Shown here in pieces: positions 61,401 to 64,000 of a DNA stretch of 64,000 nt. Below the pieces are notes generated by a model that was given only the letters and a program-made list of their open reading frames with translations, was not told the DNA's origin and did not search any database. The stretch lies in the NCBI GenBank assembly GCA_905178155.1, contig CAJINV010000012.1, positions 1,368,492 to 1,432,491 of the forward strand. The letters are read 5' to 3'. Numbering within the stretch: position 1 is the stretch's first letter; each line of letters opens with the position of its first letter. The stretch is from Amoebophrya sp. A120. Its lineage: Eukaryota > Protista > Dinoflagellata. Position numbers and translations under genes: made by a program.

Positions 61401-63576
61401 GATGCGAGTCTGTTGAACGAGAATATGCTCTTTTTCCTGCAGGACCCGGGAGTCGATTTTGAGAAGGAAGAGCAGATGAAGAGCATCGCATTAGGGGATT
61501 TTGTAGAGGAGTTGGCGACTGGAACTGGAACTGCTTCTGGGCAACAGCAGCAACACCAGCAGCTTCGCCGTGGAGTGGTCACGAAGATTATCAAACGCAA
61601 ATATGTCTGGGTCTGGAAGGATGCAAGGTCTGTCATGCACATTTTGCATGACTCCTGACGTCTGTGATGCATGCCACAGCATCACAGATTTTGTGAGGTC
61701 TCCCTGATGCCTATACCGCATTAGAAATGCCCTCTCGCTGTGGCAAAAACTGGACCTCTTTTACTGTTCATGCAATACAGATTTTCAGAGTATCCAAATG
61801 CAGCATCACAAGTTGCAACCTTCCAGACGCAGACATATTTGCAATGCATAAAGATTGTGTTGCAGCAGTCCGATGTCAATCACGACGGCCTAGACGGTAT
61901 CGTATTTAAAAACGTCCCCACCACATAGTTGTAATGCAAATCTGCATGCTGAAAATGTTTCTCATGCAGAGCCCCATGAGAAGCGTTTTCTAGTCGTGTT
62001 TTGCGGTTTGTCATGCTCCAATCAGCATGACATACTAGATCTGTGATGCTGCTCCTCAACTAGCTCAAACAGCAGTACACCACGAGTTGAAATTTGTCAT
62101 GCGAAACAGCCAAAACTTGTGGATTTGTCTAGCCGATTCCCCATCTTGACTATGTGGTGGGGACGTTTTTACATGGGATAGACGGCACCAGCTCTTTCTA
62201 CGGAGCTGGAGCAGGCGGGGTCACGAATTTCATTTCGCCACAAGGGGGATCATTATACGGTAGCGGCGGGATGATGAATTCCACCGGTTTATTGTCTGGA
62301 CTTTCTGCGCAAGGAGCGGCCCATGCTGCAAGCGGTAATAATAACCGTATCATCCAGATCACGCAGCCGGATTTTTTAGATAAGATTTATCAAAAGGAAA
62401 AATCCCCCCACCCCATATCGAAAACGAAATTTGTGATGCTGTATTTGAGTACACAAAACGAGTTGTAATGCTAGAAGCCCAAGAGCCGCAGGCGTGGCCT
62501 CGTTTGCAGGCAATTTGTCATGCTGTTTCCCACTTCCAGCTGCCTCCTGTCATGCTGAAGATGCAAAGCCATCCCACGCCACCCTGCACGACAGTCCGCA
62601 TCTTTTCCCTTCTAGCATGACAAGCTGATTTGTGACCACAAATCTGCATCACAGATTTCCGTTTCGATATGGGGAGGGGGGATTTTTCTTCTTGATAAGA
62701 TTGAGGTGAAGTTCTCGAGTAGTACTTCTACAGGTGGAACTATCCAAGAAAAAAACTGTGTAAGTGTAAATCTGTGATGCAGAACATGAAACAGAGTTAC
62801 ACCTGTCATGCCAGACATCCATGCAGTCCTCCTTTCATGTGTGTTTTCCCTTACAAATCACGCATGACAGGTTTTCTGTGTCATGTAGAGCAAACTTGTG
62901 ATGCTGTCAGCCAAGGAAAGTTACACTAGCACAGTTTTTTTCTTGGATAGGAACGAAAGGTAGTACAGCAAGTAGTACAACTACTTCTCAAATGATAAAA
63001 AAGGAATTCCTAGCCGAGGAAATTTGGAACGTCGAGGTTTTCCAACTGACAGAGCAGACCGCGTTGCACGACATGTTTCTGCAACAACCCATCGGGATTC
63101 TCGGGAAGGGGAGCAAAGTGCTAGTTTTGTCCTCGAAATCCTGCTCCCCCGAAGGGCCAGAGACCGACAACACGTGCGCCGCGGCCGGGAGCGAAGGCAC
63201 AAGCAGCAACTGCATCGTGAAGGTCCGGGTTTTGTCCGGGGTGGCGCCAAATGTGAATGCGGCGACGATCATGAGCAGTAGTTCGGGTGGAGGAGCTTCT
63301 TCTACGAATGCAGCAGGTAGAGGCACGACCTCGTCAGGTGTATCAGTCGCGGGTAGGAGGAAACTGAGCTCTGCTGCGCCGGAATTCTGCCCGGGAGCGG
63401 ACAGCGTCCCGGGATACGACCCGGAGTTTTGCTCCTACACGGGTGCTAGCGCTTCTATGCACGATCAACAAAGCATAGACTTTGCAGCCTTGCACCATCA
63501 TATGAGCGGCTTATCGGAGGAAAAAAGACGAGCTGCTTGTTTTTCACCACAACTTCTGTGGATGGGACGATTTTGA
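19465..63576 (+). CDS. Giant (~10,058 aa) protein with C-terminal non-canonical poly(A) polymerase/TUTase-like nucleotidyltransferase domain; 46 introners plus 1 canonical intron
   Basis: Every junction I translated stays in frame. Span 44,112 minus elements, TSDs and intron 29712-30635 gives 30,177 nt = 10,059 codons including the stop. The start codon is assumed to be the first ATG of the 19444 ORF. Confidence 0.7.
20765..21018. mobile_element. introner family A
   Basis: TSD ATGCC; left end TAA. Confidence 0.88.
22545..22812. mobile_element. introner family A
   Basis: TSD TGCCC. Confidence 0.9.
22935..23194. mobile_element. introner family A
   Basis: TSD CGCCG; left end TAG. Confidence 0.88.
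24970..25192. mobile_element. introner family H
   Basis: TSD TTTCA/TTTGA. Confidence 0.88.
25536..25799. mobile_element. introner family A
   Basis: TSD AGTCG. Confidence 0.9.
26605..26824. mobile_element. introner family H
   Basis: TSD GTGAG. Confidence 0.9.
27656..27921. mobile_element. introner family A
   Basis: TSD CACAC. Confidence 0.9.
29712..30635 (+). other. canonical GT-AG intron (gene 3) containing a duplicate acceptor/exon start
   Basis: GAG|GTATAC...CATTTCAG|CTC; a second, near-identical acceptor at 29916-29917. Confidence 0.7.
29895..29985 (+). repeat. duplicate of acceptor plus exon start (30613-30649 + 30908-30961), lacking the introner
   Basis: TCTCTCCACGACCTCATTTCAGCTCGGCCAAGAGAAAGTTTTGAAACCTCCACCTATGA.GTCTTCC.CCTCCCAGGGCAGCAC.GCGGC is present twice. 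Confidence 0.9.
30650..30902. mobile_element. introner family A (empty-site paralog at 29927-29931)
   Basis: TSD GAGAA. Confidence 0.95.
31181..31459. mobile_element. introner family B
   Basis: TSD TTCAG. Confidence 0.9.
31581..31901. mobile_element. introner family C
   Basis: TSD GGTAG. Confidence 0.9.
31998..32276. mobile_element. introner family B
   Basis: TSD GGGTC/GGTTC. Confidence 0.9.
32403..32558. mobile_element. introner family I
   Basis: TSD CGATG. Confidence 0.9.
33073..33327. mobile_element. introner family A
   Basis: TSD AAAGA. Confidence 0.9.
34985..35248. mobile_element. introner family A
   Basis: TSD TCTGA. Confidence 0.9.
35294..35613. mobile_element. introner family C
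   Basis: TSD CGTGC. Confidence 0.9.
35653..35859. mobile_element. introner family G
   Basis: TSD TCCAT. Confidence 0.9.
36002..36280. mobile_element. introner family B
   Basis: TSD CAGAA. Confidence 0.9.
36340..36625. mobile_element. introner family B
   Basis: TSD GAAGA. Confidence 0.9.
37400..37608. mobile_element. introner family G
   Basis: TSD GCCGG/GTCGG; left end TAC. Confidence 0.87.
37664..37943. mobile_element. introner family B
   Basis: TSD ACGAG. Confidence 0.9.
38751..39068. mobile_element. introner family G with nested 96-bp insert
   Basis: TSD AGTTG. Confidence 0.9.
39130..39381. mobile_element. introner family F (opposite orientation to 10721)
   Basis: TSD CAGAT. Confidence 0.9.
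39463..39717. mobile_element. introner family A
   Basis: TSD AGGAT. Confidence 0.9.
40120..40332. mobile_element. introner family A, internally deleted (213 bp)
   Basis: TSD GGTGC. Confidence 0.9.
41112..41372. mobile_element. introner family A
   Basis: TSD AGTGA; left end TAC. Confidence 0.9.
42116..42335. mobile_element. introner family H
   Basis: TSD TGCCG; left end TAG. Confidence 0.88.
42764..43027. mobile_element. introner family A
   Basis: TSD AATGG/GATGG. Confidence 0.9.
43386..43636. mobile_element. introner family A
   Basis: TSD ACATG. Confidence 0.9.
43709..43974. mobile_element. introner family A
   Basis: TSD GTCGT/GTCGC. Confidence 0.9.
44987..45442. mobile_element. introner family A with nested ~182-bp insert in right TIR
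   Basis: TSD AGAGC. Confidence 0.88.
45507..45788. mobile_element. introner family B
   Basis: TSD AACGG. Confidence 0.9.
46010..47143. mobile_element. introner family J (TIR TATC.CA.AGAAAAAAGCTGGC.GG) with nested ~950-bp GC-rich insert
   Basis: TSD GCGGA; removal gives PA|EAEAE in frame. Confidence 0.85.
46490..46640. repeat. GC-rich tandem array of 12-13 bp units CGCGAGAGGGTG(G), about 12 copies
   Basis: Read directly; complementary CCCTCTCG-like copies follow at ~46705-47070. Confidence 0.9.
47921..48083. mobile_element. degenerate introner, probably family I
   Basis: TAT...ATA ends; internal TTGTCATGC/TTGTGAT; TSD barely recognisable (TTCCG/GACCC); boundaries chosen to keep the frame. 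Confidence 0.55.
48130..48365. mobile_element. introner, family F-like (TGTTACA repeats in TIR)
   Basis: TSD TTCAG. Confidence 0.85.
49021..49299. mobile_element. introner family B
   Basis: TSD AGACT. Confidence 0.9.
49441..49706. mobile_element. introner family A
   Basis: TSD AACAC. Confidence 0.9.
49866..50005. mobile_element. introner family A, internally deleted (140 bp)
   Basis: TSD TTGAG/TCGAG. Confidence 0.9.
51236..51498. mobile_element. introner family A
   Basis: TSD TGCCG. Confidence 0.9.
52232..52536. mobile_element. introner family D
   Basis: TSD TCCAC. Confidence 0.9.
53384..53601. mobile_element. introner family G
   Basis: TSD AAACT. Confidence 0.9.
59251..59462. mobile_element. 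introner family G-like
   Basis: TSD CACAA. Confidence 0.88.
60410..60729. mobile_element. introner family C
   Basis: TSD GCATC; splits the nucleotidyltransferase helix. Confidence 0.9.
61589..61850. mobile_element. introner family A
   Basis: TSD AAGAT. Confidence 0.9.
61898..62180. mobile_element. introner family B
   Basis: TSD GACGG. Confidence 0.9.
62388..62697. mobile_element. introner family C
   Basis: TSD AGATT. Confidence 0.9.
62741..62949. mobile_element. introner family G
   Basis: TSD GGAAC. Confidence 0.9.
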
Positions 63577-64000
63577 TTTTGCAGGATCGGTATGGGAAAA
63601 ATAGTCGCTGTCACGCATGGCAAATAGACAGAATCTGGTCTGCTCGTGTTGTTCTAAGGATATGGAACCTGGCGACATCGAGCAGCGGTGTCTTTCGTAT
63701 TTTTTCTAGCGAAATTATGCAAATACCTCTGCGGAAATTCTGCATCGTCATATTGCATTCACGACCCATCGCACTGAAGAAGTTAGTAGAAGCAGTAATT
63801 TTTCCTCACGATGCAACTCCTCATGGGCGGACCATTTCAATGTCGCAGAGAGTTTCTCGCAAGAGGGCCACCCGTGGGACGCCAGCATGCACGATGGTGG
63901 CGGCGCTACTAGAGCGTCTCACTGGGGCACGGGTGTAGCGGCAGCCGCTGCATACGGCGATCCACACATGGCCAGCACTGCGACGAATGGCTCTACAGCC

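Larger units (their letters stand above)
58790..61460 (+). other. Pol-beta-superfamily nucleotidyltransferase plus PAP-associated domain (Trf4/Cid1/TUTase-like), with long insertions
   Basis: hGS-x11-DhD motif IPQGSLYQNTAVALDVDLDF (58798-58857); third Asp in VRIDLVL (~59095-59115); RELIRLIKRWFKTRI|KLVGSSRSGGLNSVTLTILALKFL across the 60410 element; LRLFFKFLQY; FFLQDP. Confidence 0.75.

Noticed and set aside
947-62818. Many short ORFs with shared peptides (CKYVWVWK, PDPDIF, FQTQT, KNVPTPE, GVGTFLLRI) as a protein family
   Set aside because: These are translations of the element TIRs in various frames, not genes.
970-62949. CRISPR-like or REP-like repeat array suggested by recurring ATGTCTGGGTCTGGAA
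   Set aside because: The repeats are inverted pairs bounding ~260-bp elements dispersed in eukaryotic exons. There are no regular direct repeat-spacer units and no cas genes.
2319-63576. Genes 2 and 3 as transposon-riddled pseudogenes
   Set aside because: No stop or frameshift remains after element + TSD removal across ~38 kb of CDS, and catalytic motifs are intact.
19-63576. TOP3B and the nucleotidyltransferase as a functional cluster serving introner removal
   Set aside because: Adjacency in a eukaryotic genome is not evidence; nothing in the sequence links them to the elements.
63537-63938. 133-aa ORF after gene 3
   Set aside because: Non-ATG start, overlaps the gene 3 stop, and has no recognisable features; probably UTR or intergenic.

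Overview
Eukaryotic, gene-dense genomic DNA, most likely from a parasitic dinoflagellate (Amoebophrya/Syndiniales-like). The taxon is inferred from the intron architecture, not from a database search. There are three + strand genes: (1) the 3' end of a DNA topoisomerase III-beta (<19-1440); (2) a ~2,640-aa protein with an MGAT4/GT54 N-acetylglucosaminyltransferase domain (2319-17970); (3) a giant ~10,058-aa protein with a C-terminal Trf4/Cid1-type nucleotidyltransferase (non-canonical poly(A)/terminal U transferase) domain (19465-63576). The dominant feature is a system of 75 MITE-like 'introner' elements (~20.4 kb, ~32% of the window) in 10 terminal-inverted-repeat families. Each starts TA(T), nearly always ends ATA, and is flanked by a 5-bp target-site duplication (60 of 75 perfect). 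All sit in coding sequence, they occur in both orientations, and almost none can form GT-AG ends. Removing each element plus one TSD copy restores the reading frame at every junction I checked by hand. All families share a repeated internal motif, TTGT[GCA]ATGC. A duplicated exon start gives an empty and a filled insertion site side by side (29927 vs 30645), and three elements carry nested insertions. Most short ORFs in the supplied track are artefacts of these elements. Coordinates were counted by hand and may be off by a base or two.
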